The notes under the pieces were generated by a model. The model had not been told where the DNA came from. It saw only the letters and a program-made list of their open reading frames with translations, and did no database searches. Made by a program: the position numbers and the translations under genes. Shown one piece after another: positions 1 to 8,328 of a stretch of DNA of 64,000 nt. This DNA comes from an uncultured Bacilli bacterium (lineage in GTDB: Bacteria > Bacillota_I > Bacilli_A > RF39 > UBA660). Within the stretch, counting starts at the first letter, position 1; each line of letters opens with the position of its first letter. The stretch lies in contig CAKOXP010000008.1 in NCBI GenBank assembly GCA_934130175.1, positions 181 through 64,180 of the forward strand. The letters are read 5' to 3'.

Positions 1-897
1 TAAGTTTATATCCATATTTTTATTAAGCATTGCTTTAGCAATATTTTGTTTTTCAGCTAGGCTTCCTTGCTCTAACCCTTGTTCCAACCCTTGTTCCAAC
101 CCTTGTTCTAGACCTTGTTCTAAACCTTGAGCCATTCCTTGTTCTATTCCTTTTTCCAATCCTTCAGCTAATCCTTCGGCTAACCCTTTTTCAATTGCTT
201 CTCTTCTTAAGGAATTTTCTATTTTTCGGTTATCCTCTTCTGCACTCATAAATTCTCTAAAATCTGGATCTTGATTTACTTCTTCTAATGTTTTCATATA
301 CTTATCAACACTCCTATCCTGAGATAGTTCTTCTAAAGTTTTTAATTCTTCTTGATTTAAATCTAACATTATTAAGTATTTATATTTCTCTATCTCATTT
401 CTAGACTTAGAATACCATATATCTTTTATCTTATCCATATTTATATCATATATTATTAAATTTTTGATATACTCATTTCCTTCTTCATCTCTTACTTTAT
501 AAATCCTTACTAACTCTTCTATACTTAAAGAATAACTTAAGTTAATTTGAATTACTAAAGTATCTTCATTATATTCATCTCCTTTCTTTACTTCATGGGA
601 ATATGTATCAAAGATGAATGAGGCATTTCTCGGATGAAGATAATTCGGTTTTTCTGCGTTTACTTCTACTTGAATTTTTCCTATATTGGTTTGTAAAAAT
701 AAATCAAAATGTTTTCTTCTAACATGAATGTTATCAACATTTCTTTCTAGATTTAAAAACTTAATATCTTCTATCTTTACATCTAGAATTGATTCTAATA
801 ATTTAGTTAGAATATCTTTACTTTCCTCTTTCATGAACACCTCCTTAAAGGCTCGATCATTTCTACAGGTATAAAATTTACTGACTGTTTCAGACAT
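1..897 (-). CDS. Rpn/YhgA-family PD-(D/E)XK recombination-promoting nuclease / putative transposase (3' end runs off the window)
   Basis: Absent from the ORF track because it is open at the window edge. Manual translation from ATG 897 (SD AAAGGA 9 nt upstream) gives MSETVSKFYTCRNDRAFKEVFMKEESKDILTKLLESIL... It shows the NDxxFKxxF N-terminus, an FDLFLQ...VEVNAE nuclease-like core and C-terminal (G-L-E-Q)n repeats followed by IAKAMLNKNMD, as in this family. Confidence 0.6.
   Translation of the reverse strand, partial: MSETVSKFYTCRNDRAFKEVFMKEESKDILTKLLESILDVKIEDIKFLNLERNVDNIHVRRKHFDLFLQTNIGKIQVEVNAEKPNYLHPRNASFIFDTYSHEVKKGDEYNEDTLVIQINLSYSLSIEELVRIYKVRDEEGNEYIKNLIIYDINMDKIKDIWYSKSRNEIEKYKYLIMLDLNQEELKTLEELSQDRSVDKYMKTLEEVNQDPDFREFMSAEEDNRKIENSLRREAIEKGLAEGLAEGLEKGIEQGMAQGLEQGLEQGLEQGLEQGLEQGSLAEKQNIAKAMLNKNMDINL
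64..183 (-). repeat. About 10 tandem 12-nt units (ccttgttcNaaN) encoding the (E/A)(Q/E)GL repeat of the Rpn-like protein
   Basis: The period-12 repeat is directly visible: ccttgttccaac ccttgttccaac ccttgttctaga ccttgttctaaa ... Confidence 0.8.
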
Positions 898-933
898 TTT
901 ATCACATCCTTTCTCTTATCTAAAACAAAAAAT

Positions 934-956
934 AGAAGGAAAGCATTTTTCCTTCT
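934..956 (-). terminator. Intrinsic terminator after the phosphohexomutase gene
   Basis: Minus strand reads GAAGGAAA-aatgc-TTTCCTTC followed by tattttttg. Confidence 0.6.
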
Positions 957-996
957 ATAATATTATTGTCTGTTAATTGGATTTTTCCTTAATTTT

Positions 997-2370
997 TTAC
1001 TTATTTAGTTCATTGATTAAATCAGTAAATTCTTTTTGTATACTTTCTAGTCTTTCTTCACTACTAGCTTCAAATCTGGCAGTTAAGTTAGGACCAGTAT
1101 TACTTGCTCTCACAAGAGCCCATCCATCATCAAATAAAACTTTGATTCCATCTATATCTAAGAATTTATATCCTTTTTCTTTAGCATATTCACCTACTTT
1201 AGAAACAATTTCAAACTTAACATCATCATTTGATGCAAATTTCAATTCCTCAGTTGAATAATATTCATTAATACCTGAAAGTAGTTCTTCAACATTTTTA
1301 TCAGTATGAGATAAAATTTCTAACATTCTAAGTCCTGCATACAAACCACTATCAAAACCTAACCATCTATCTCTAAAGTAAACATGTCCTGATAGCTCTC
1401 CACCAAATGGCAAATCATTATCTCTTACAGCAGCTTTAGTATAAGAGTTTCCAGTACGATAAGTAATACACTTTCCACCTAGTTTTTCTACTTCATCACT
1501 AAATGATTTAGAGCACTTTACATCACATAAGAATTCCTTTTTAGAAACTTTATTAATAATATCTCTAACTACTATAATCATATACTTATCAGTTGGAATA
1601 AACTTAGCAGTATTTGAAACCATTCCCATTCTATCACCATCACCATCAAAAGAAAGTCCAATATCGGCGTTCTCTTCTAGTACCTTTTTCTTTAATTGTT
1701 CAAGATTTTCTTCAACACAAGGGTCTGGATGATGATTTGGAAAAGATCCATCACTTACATCATTTATACAAACAATATCTATAGGAAACATACTGTATAA
1801 CTTTTTCATTATAATACTAGTAGTTCCATTTCCTGGATCCAAAACTACTTTAACACGTCTAGAACCAAAATGTAGGTTTTCTCTAAATAAAGTTAAATAC
1901 TCATCAGTTATATCATAATCTTCGATGGTTCCCTCTCCACTAGAAAATTCTTTCTTTAAGATGTAAGCTAAAAAGTCTTGAATTTCTTGTCCTTTACAAT
2001 TACCACTTTCATCAAAAGCAAACTTAAAGCCATTATCATCTTTAGGATTATGACTAGCCGTAACCATTACTCCACTATATACTTTAAGTTTTAAGCAAGC
2101 ATAATAATACATTGGTGTTGTACATAAACCTAAACTAATAATATCAATACCAGTCTCAGTAATACCTTTCATTAAAGCAGTATATAAATCATTACTTGAT
2201 AATCTATTATCGTGTCCAACTACACAAGTAGTCTTGCCAATACTTTTTATATAACTACCAAACCCAAGCCCAACAGTATAGGCTGTATCAACATCAAGTT
2301 CAGTAGGATAAATTCCTCTAATATCATACCCTCTAAATATATTTTTATTTATGTTTTCCTTTATCTTCAT
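997..2370 (-). CDS. Alpha-D-phosphohexomutase (phosphomannomutase/phosphoglucomutase type)
   Basis: 457 aa. Active-site loop GVMVTASHNPKDDNGFKF, metal loop FDGDGDR, sugar loop GGELSGH. Confidence 0.85.
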   Translation of the reverse strand: MKIKENINKNIFRGYDIRGIYPTELDVDTAYTVGLGFGSYIKSIGKTTCVVGHDNRLSSNDLYTALMKGITETGIDIISLGLCTTPMYYYACLKLKVYSGVMVTASHNPKDDNGFKFAFDESGNCKGQEIQDFLAYILKKEFSSGEGTIEDYDITDEYLTLFRENLHFGSRRVKVVLDPGNGTTSIIMKKLYSMFPIDIVCINDVSDGSFPNHHPDPCVEENLEQLKKKVLEENADIGLSFDGDGDRMGMVSNTAKFIPTDKYMIIVVRDIINKVSKKEFLCDVKCSKSFSDEVEKLGGKCITYRTGNSYTKAAVRDNDLPFGGELSGHVYFRDRWLGFDSGLYAGLRMLEILSHTDKNVEELLSGINEYYSTEELKFASNDDVKFEIVSKVGEYAKEKGYKFLDIDGIKVLFDDGWALVRASNTGPNLTARFEASSEERLESIQKEFTDLINELNK

Positions 2371-2389
2371 TTTATCATTCCTCTCTTAA

Positions 2390-3421
2390 TTAATACGAAA
2401 TATTTGTTTTTGCAACTTCTATAACTGGACGAACACCTCTTTTGCCATAAAATAGCTCACCAGTTTCATCAGAGTTCCCATCTCCTGTTGAATCAACGTA
2501 GAAAGCATAAATTCCACGAAATTCAGTAAAGAGTAACATAGCCATGTTTGTTTTATACATATCTAGTTTAGAAGAATGTGCATTTTCTAACCAATATCCA
2601 TATGCATCATTTTTATTGTTTGAACTATATTGAGTACTTTCCATATAATAACTATATTGTTTTAAAATACCTTTTTGAAATGTACCATAATTTGAAATTG
2701 ATTTTTTTAAATCTTCAATAGCTAATAATCTTGCAGCATACCCATTATAAGAAAAAGTTGTTGGTAACGTTCCAGATGATGCTATATTAGTACCAATTTC
2801 ATTTGTTATCGTTCGAGATATATTTTTTAAATTCACATTCTTCCATTGCTCTACAGTTGGTAATTGTTTAATAGCCGTTACTGGTCCATTATTATTACTA
2901 CTACTTTCATCATAAGCAATTCCTACTGTACTTGTAGGATTTGCACCATCTACGTTACTATAATAAATCAACATTGCAGTATCATCATCTAAATCTCCTA
3001 GATAGTAAAATCTCTCTGTTGCTTCATTATATACTCCATCTCCATTTACATCACAGTCAAATGCATCTCCATTTGTTAATGTTCCCTTTGTTCCAAGACT
3101 TCCATAGGTTATAGCATCACCAAGTGAATAACCATCTGCTAAACAATAACCAGAGGTATCAGTATTTTCACATTTTTCTGTATGAAGACTTGTCGCACGC
3201 TTACACAATACTGGTTTACAATAAGAACCTTTTGGACATTCTTTTTTAGCTTCTTCTATCTTCTTTGTTGCTTTAGTACTTATTTTATCTAAAGCATCTT
3301 GAACATTTGTTGCCCCTAAATTGTCCGTATCTACATAATTTATACTTGTTGCCTGTATAATTGTCGATGCATATACACTAGTTCCGAGTAGTAGTAAACT
3401 AACTACCCCCCCCCAGTACAA
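2390..3421 (-). CDS. Secreted protein with an NVQDALD N-module and a Cys-rich/GVRPVIEV C-module; native 5' end (ATG 3464) is out of frame at a G9 tract
   Basis: The track ORF starts at a TTG. Upstream, SD GGAAGGTG-5nt-ATG(3464) opens MKIIKLIMKNNNYKFVLGGGS*, which stops at 3399-3401. G8 or G11 would fuse it to ...VVSLLLLGTSVYASTIIQ (a good signal peptide). The C-terminal 270 aa are paralogous to 53749..55143 and 58197..59591. Confidence 0.75.
   Translation of the reverse strand: MYWGGVVSLLLLGTSVYASTIIQATSINYVDTDNLGATNVQDALDKISTKATKKIEEAKKECPKGSYCKPVLCKRATSLHTEKCENTDTSGYCLADGYSLGDAITYGSLGTKGTLTNGDAFDCDVNGDGVYNEATERFYYLGDLDDDTAMLIYYSNVDGANPTSTVGIAYDESSSNNNGPVTAIKQLPTVEQWKNVNLKNISRTITNEIGTNIASSGTLPTTFSYNGYAARLLAIEDLKKSISNYGTFQKGILKQYSYYMESTQYSSNNKNDAYGYWLENAHSSKLDMYKTNMAMLLFTEFRGIYAFYVDSTGDGNSDETGELFYGKRGVRPVIEVAKTNISY
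3406..3414 (-). repeat. Homopolymeric G9 (C9 on the plus strand) in the 5' coding region
   Basis: Counted base by base. It is one of only two 9-nt G/C runs noticed in this AT-rich window. Confidence 0.95.
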
Positions 3422-3605
3422 ATTTGTAATTATTATTTTTCATTATCAACTTTATTATTTTCATCTTTTCACCTTCCATTATAATTAAAGTATACTTTAT
3501 TTTTTAATTCATTTCAATTGATTTTCACTAAATTTACAACTTAACTTCACTCTATCTTCACAAAAAATGAATAGACTTATTATGTACAGAAAGGAGATAT
3601 ATAAA

Positions 3606-5093
3606 ATGTACTTATTTAAAAATGCTTTTAAAAATATTACAAGAAGTAAGGGAAAAAATATTTTGATTGGAATTATTATTACTGTAGTAACAACATGTAC
3701 TTGTATTTCACTAGCAATAAATAAAGCTGCTTCTAACTTAGTTAATAGTTATAAAACAAAGAATCCATTAGAAGTTAGTTTCAATCTAGATATGTCAAAT
3801 TTAAGAAGCGCAACTGATAGTGAAAAAGAAAATTTTCAGTCACTAACGGTTGATAATATCAAATCCTATGGTGATAGTAATCTTGTAAAGGATTATTACT
3901 ATACCTTAGAGACAAGCATAAATAGTAATGATGTTACAGCTATTGAAGGTAATAAAAAACCAAATGCAGATAATGACAATAACAATGAAATGAAAGATGA
4001 TAATCATAAAAAATTTGATAACTCAAATATGGGTAATTTTAGATTAACAGCTTATTCTAACTTTGCTTACTTAGATGATTTTACAACTGGTAATAAAAAA
4101 ATCATTGAAGGTAAAATGATTACTGGTGATAGTGATAGTAGTGAAATAGTTATTTCTAAAGACTTAAAAGATGAAAATAATTTAGAACTTAATCAAGAAA
4201 TAACCTTTACAAATCCAAGTGATGATGAAAAAAGTTATACTTTTAAAATTGTAGGAATTTATGAAAATGAAGCTAGTTCTTCCACATCTAATTTCATGGA
4301 TATGAATGTTTTAAATAGTGCTAACCAAATATATGCCAATCTAAATAGTGTTCAAAAAGTTTTAGATGATAATAGTAGTAATGATGAAAATAAGCTTGTA
4401 AGAAATAATGGTTTAACTGCTAAATTCTATCTAAATAAAAATAGCGATTTAAAAGAGTTTGAAAAAGAAGTTAGAAAAAAAGGATTAAGCAGTTATTATG
4501 AAGTTAGTACCAATGAAAATGAAATTTTAGAAACATTAAAACCTATTCAAAATATCTCAACATTCTCAATTAATTTCTTAATAGTTATCATAATTATTGG
4601 TATCGTAGTTTTAACTATTATTAATTTCTTAAATATTAGAGATAGAAAATATGAAATTGGTGTATTACGTGCTATTGGAATGAGTAAATTTAAAGTTACA
4701 CTCCAATTAGTATTAGAAACTTTCTTTGTAGCTTTCGCATCACTAATTATTGGTACTGCAGTTGGAATAATTTCTAGTCAACCTGTTACTAACTACATGC
4801 TTAAAAATGAAATAAACTCTTATAAAGAGGAAGTTGAAAATACTACTAATAATTTTAAAGATAATAATTTCCAGAGACCTAGCGAAAGTATGAAAGATGA
4901 TAATATAAAAAAAGGAAAACCTGGAGTTAATAGAAATATAGATTATGTAGATAGTTTGAAGGTTCATATTGATATCTTAACTATTATAGAATTATTTGGT
5001 GTATGTATCTTGTTAACTGCTACTAGTGTTATCACAGTATCCTTAATTATAAATAAATATAGTCCAAATAAAATACTACAAAATAGATTATAG
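3606..5093 (+). CDS. ABC transporter permease, MacB/FtsX type (1 TM, large extracytoplasmic domain, 3 TM)
   Basis: The track ORF starts at 3567, but AGGAG lies 9 nt before ATG 3606 (MYLFKNAFKNITRSKGKNILIGIII). FtsX-type C-terminal TM triplet, adjacent to an ATPase gene. Confidence 0.8.
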   Translation: MYLFKNAFKNITRSKGKNILIGIIITVVTTCTCISLAINKAASNLVNSYKTKNPLEVSFNLDMSNLRSATDSEKENFQSLTVDNIKSYGDSNLVKDYYYTLETSINSNDVTAIEGNKKPNADNDNNNEMKDDNHKKFDNSNMGNFRLTAYSNFAYLDDFTTGNKKIIEGKMITGDSDSSEIVISKDLKDENNLELNQEITFTNPSDDEKSYTFKIVGIYENEASSSTSNFMDMNVLNSANQIYANLNSVQKVLDDNSSNDENKLVRNNGLTAKFYLNKNSDLKEFEKEVRKKGLSSYYEVSTNENEILETLKPIQNISTFSINFLIVIIIIGIVVLTIINFLNIRDRKYEIGVLRAIGMSKFKVTLQLVLETFFVAFASLIIGTAVGIISSQPVTNYMLKNEINSYKEEVENTTNNFKDNNFQRPSESMKDDNIKKGKPGVNRNIDYVDSLKVHIDILTIIELFGVCILLTATSVITVSLIINKYSPNKILQNRL

Positions 5094-5102
5094 GAGGTTA
5101 CA

Positions 5103-5759
5103 ATGAGTATATTAAAAATAGATAATTTAAGTTTTACATATGATAAAGAAAAATTTGTTTTAAAAGATATTAATATGGAATTTGATAAAGGAAAAGTATA
5201 TGGTATCTTTGGAAGAAGTGGAGCTGGTAAGAGTACTCTACTTTCCCTAATGGCTGGTTTAGAAACTTCTAAGTACGGGCATATTTATTATAAAGATAGT
5301 GATTTATTTAAGATGAATCTTGATAAATATAGATGTAATGAAATTGGAATTATTTTTCAAAGTTATAATCTTCTTCCCCAATTTAGCGCTATTGAAAATG
5401 TTATTTTATCAATGGATATTAGTAATATCAAAGGAAAAGATCGATATAAAAAAGCTCAAGAATTATTATTAAAAGTTGGTCTATCAGAAGATTTAATTAA
5501 TCGTCCTGTTTTACAATTATCTGGTGGTGAACAACAACGTGTTGCGATTGCTAGAGCACTATCCTATGAATCAGAAATAATTCTTGCTGATGAACCAACT
5601 GGTAATTTGGATCCTGAAATGGAAGAAGAAATCATTGATTTATTGGTTGAAATTGCTCATAAAGAAAATAAATGTGTAATTATAATTTCTCATTCAAAAG
5701 CTGTCAAAGAACATGTTGATGTTGCTTTTCAACTAGTCAGTGGCAAATTAAAAGTATGA
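5103..5759 (+). CDS. ABC transporter ATP-binding protein (MacB/LolD-like)
   Basis: Walker A GRSGAGKST, signature LSGGEQQRVAIARAL, Walker B ILADEPTGNLD. Confidence 0.95.
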   Translation: MSILKIDNLSFTYDKEKFVLKDINMEFDKGKVYGIFGRSGAGKSTLLSLMAGLETSKYGHIYYKDSDLFKMNLDKYRCNEIGIIFQSYNLLPQFSAIENVILSMDISNIKGKDRYKKAQELLLKVGLSEDLINRPVLQLSGGEQQRVAIARALSYESEIILADEPTGNLDPEMEEEIIDLLVEIAHKENKCVIIISHSKAVKEHVDVAFQLVSGKLKV

Positions 5760-5770
5760 TTAAATATTTC

Positions 5771-6526
5771 TTAATCATACTTTTTATTATGTTTTCTCTC
5801 TTTTCTTGTTTCTTTCATTAATTCTCTTATTTCATTAACTTTATTCTTTAATTCAATAACTCTTTCCTTGTCATGTCCTTCGATTTTAGGGAAAGCATTA
5901 AGTAATCTCTTAAGTAAGAATGATTGTTTTCTTAAGGTTTCATTACGAAGTTTAATTACTTCTTCTGAGACATCTTTTTTAGCAAAATTTCTAGATGAAA
6001 CTTTTAATTGAACTAAAACTACTATTGATGTAATAAAATCAGTTAGAAAAATTGTCATTAAGACTATTGTTACAATTATTAATGTTTTTTCACTCATCAT
6101 ATCAAAAAATGGTAAAATTATAGGATTTAGGAAATAGAATATTGCTACTCCACCAAGGCCGAATAATACTGAATTTAAAAGACAAATTCTTCCATCAACA
6201 TTAAATTTTTGTTTAGAGTAATCCCACCAACGCACTTTAAAAATCTTTTCCATAATAAGACTTGTAAAATACTCCATAACAGAACATATAAAACAACTCA
6301 TTATAAATAGCGCTACTAAGTCATCTTTATATTTATACAAGAATATATACATTAAAACAACACTTGTCCCATATATAGGAAGATATGGCCCTATTAAAAA
6401 CCCTCTATTCAAGACTAACTTTTTAGAGTGATAGGAACAAAAGCAAACCTCTACCAAATATCCAATTACCGAATACACTAAAAACATTAAAAATAAATAG
6501 CATACATTATATAACATTAATCTCAC
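5771..6526 (-). CDS. Polytopic membrane protein, CmpB / 'putative ABC-transporter type IV' (DUF1113)-like
   Basis: FLVYSVIGYLVEVCF...NRGFLIGPYLPIYG matches my memory of that family's N-terminal signature. Coiled, charged C-terminal tail. Confidence 0.55.
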   Translation of the reverse strand: MRLMLYNVCYLFLMFLVYSVIGYLVEVCFCSYHSKKLVLNRGFLIGPYLPIYGTSVVLMYIFLYKYKDDLVALFIMSCFICSVMEYFTSLIMEKIFKVRWWDYSKQKFNVDGRICLLNSVLFGLGGVAIFYFLNPIILPFFDMMSEKTLIIVTIVLMTIFLTDFITSIVVLVQLKVSSRNFAKKDVSEEVIKLRNETLRKQSFLLKRLLNAFPKIEGHDKERVIELKNKVNEIRELMKETRKERKHNKKYD

Positions 6527-6612
6527 CTACTCTTATCTAAGTAACTATTAAGAAATATATCATTTTTAAGATAATTTGTCAAAAAAAGCACTGCATAAAT
6601 CAGTGCCTTTAA

Positions 6613-7449
6613 TTATAAAAATAAGATTACAACAAGTCCTAAAACTAAACAGTAAATTGAAAAATAAATAAGTTTTCCTTCTTTAACAATTTTAGCAAAC
6701 CATTTAGTAAAGATATATGTAAATATTCCTGCTAAAATAGCTGCAATTATATATAAGATATAAGTGCTACTAGAAATTGATAATTCAAGTAAATCTTTAA
6801 TACCTAGAATTGATGTTGCAATTGATATTGGAATATATAAGATAAATGAGAAATTAAAAGCTACATCTCTTTTTAAATTTCTAAACATTCCACCTACAAT
6901 AGTTGCCCCACTTCTACTAATTCCAGGAATAATACTTATCATTTGACAAAGTCCGATGATTATAGAATCTTTAAAGCTGATATCATTGCGATTCTTTTTC
7001 CCTTTAAAATCTTTAATTAAGAATAAGAATACGGCAGTTAGAAGAAGCATTATTCCTACAAACTTAACATTTTCTTCTAGTGCATCTAAAAGTCCTAACT
7101 TTGTTGCGATAAGTCCTGCTACTCCTGCTGGAATTGTTGCGATTATTATTTTTAAACAATACTTAAAATCTAAACCTACTTCTTTATCTTTTCTACTTTC
7201 TTTATTAAAAATAAAACTAAAGAATGATTTTATAAGATTAACTATATCAGACCAAAATATAATTATGATTGCAATTAAACTTCCAAAATTAGTAATAGTT
7301 GCTAAAGTTCCAAAGTCTATATCGATACCACTATTTATTTTAGAAAGAATAGTTTGAAGTATTAAGACATGTCCACTACTAGATACAGGAATTGGTTCTG
7401 TAATTCCTTGCATAATACCTAGTAAAATATATTCAATCAACTCTTTCAT
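6613..7449 (-). CDS. uppP: Undecaprenyl-diphosphate phosphatase
   Basis: 278 aa polytopic protein with the BacA motifs PVSSSGH and PGISRSGATI. Confidence 0.93.
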   Translation of the reverse strand: MKELIEYILLGIMQGITEPIPVSSSGHVLILQTILSKINSGIDIDFGTLATITNFGSLIAIIIIFWSDIVNLIKSFFSFIFNKESRKDKEVGLDFKYCLKIIIATIPAGVAGLIATKLGLLDALEENVKFVGIMLLLTAVFLFLIKDFKGKKNRNDISFKDSIIIGLCQMISIIPGISRSGATIVGGMFRNLKRDVAFNFSFILYIPISIATSILGIKDLLELSISSSTYILYIIAAILAGIFTYIFTKWFAKIVKEGKLIYFSIYCLVLGLVVILFL

Positions 7450-7450
7450 T

Positions 7451-8314
7451 TTACTTTTCTCCTAATTTATAGCTTATTGTATAACCAAATACTAAGAAAA
7501 TAATTCCTATTAAGATTTGGATTATATCAAAACTAACTTTAATATTAAGCATTGTAGATATAGGAATAGCAATAATTGACGCTATAATAAATCCTAATAC
7601 TCCAAAATAAGTTTTTGTCTCATATTTGTTAAATAAGAATTCAATTAATTTAGATATTAAAACAATTCCTAATAATACACCTACACCAAATACTCCTAAG
7701 ATAAGGATGTTACTACCTATATTTTTTAAAGATGTAAATTCTTTGATAACAGCAATTACTGGATAATAATATCCAAGTAACATTAATACAAGTGAACCAC
7801 TTACTCCTGGTATAACCATAGTAGCTGCTGCAATAACACCTACTAAAAATAATAATAAATAATTAACAAACCCCATATTACTTAAACTAACCTTTAAGCC
7901 TTCACCAAAGATAAGACTAGAACAAGCCATAAAGATTACTAAAGCAAATGTTAAAAGAAAGATTAAATAACTAGATGCTTGCTTTACTTCTTTTTTACCT
8001 TTTACCTTACTATAAAGCATTGGAATTCCACCAATTACTAATCCCACAAAGAATAAACTAGTAGGAATTGGATAATGTTTGTATGAGTAGTCAATTACTC
8101 TACTAAGTGATGCTATTGCAAGTAAAATACCAATGGCAATAGGAGCTAAAAAACAAATGTTTTTCTTAAAGTTAGAAAAGAAATGACTTATTGCTCCTAT
8201 AAAATCTTCATAAATTCCTAATATTAAGGCAAGTGTCCCACCTGAAACTCCTGGAATAATATTAGCAATACCCATAATGAACCCCTTAACAACTAATACT
8301 AAATTATCTTTCAT
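7451..8314 (-). CDS. DUF368-family membrane protein (candidate undecaprenyl-phosphate translocase, PopT-like)
   Basis: Duplicated PGVSGG(T/S) motif (IIPGVSGGTLAL and VIPGVSGSLVL). 1-nt gap to uppP. Confidence 0.8.
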   Translation of the reverse strand: MKDNLVLVVKGFIMGIANIIPGVSGGTLALILGIYEDFIGAISHFFSNFKKNICFLAPIAIGILLAIASLSRVIDYSYKHYPIPTSLFFVGLVIGGIPMLYSKVKGKKEVKQASSYLIFLLTFALVIFMACSSLIFGEGLKVSLSNMGFVNYLLLFLVGVIAAATMVIPGVSGSLVLMLLGYYYPVIAVIKEFTSLKNIGSNILILGVFGVGVLLGIVLISKLIEFLFNKYETKTYFGVLGFIIASIIAIPISTMLNIKVSFDIIQILIGIIFLVFGYTISYKLGEK

Positions 8315-8328
8315 AAATTCTCCTTTAA

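Noticed and set aside
3520-3566. Three TTCAC direct repeats upstream of the ABC transporter, considered as a response-regulator binding site.
   Set aside because: The spacing is irregular (about 21 and 11 nt), the pentamer is short in AT-rich DNA, and there is no two-component system nearby. The evidence is insufficient.
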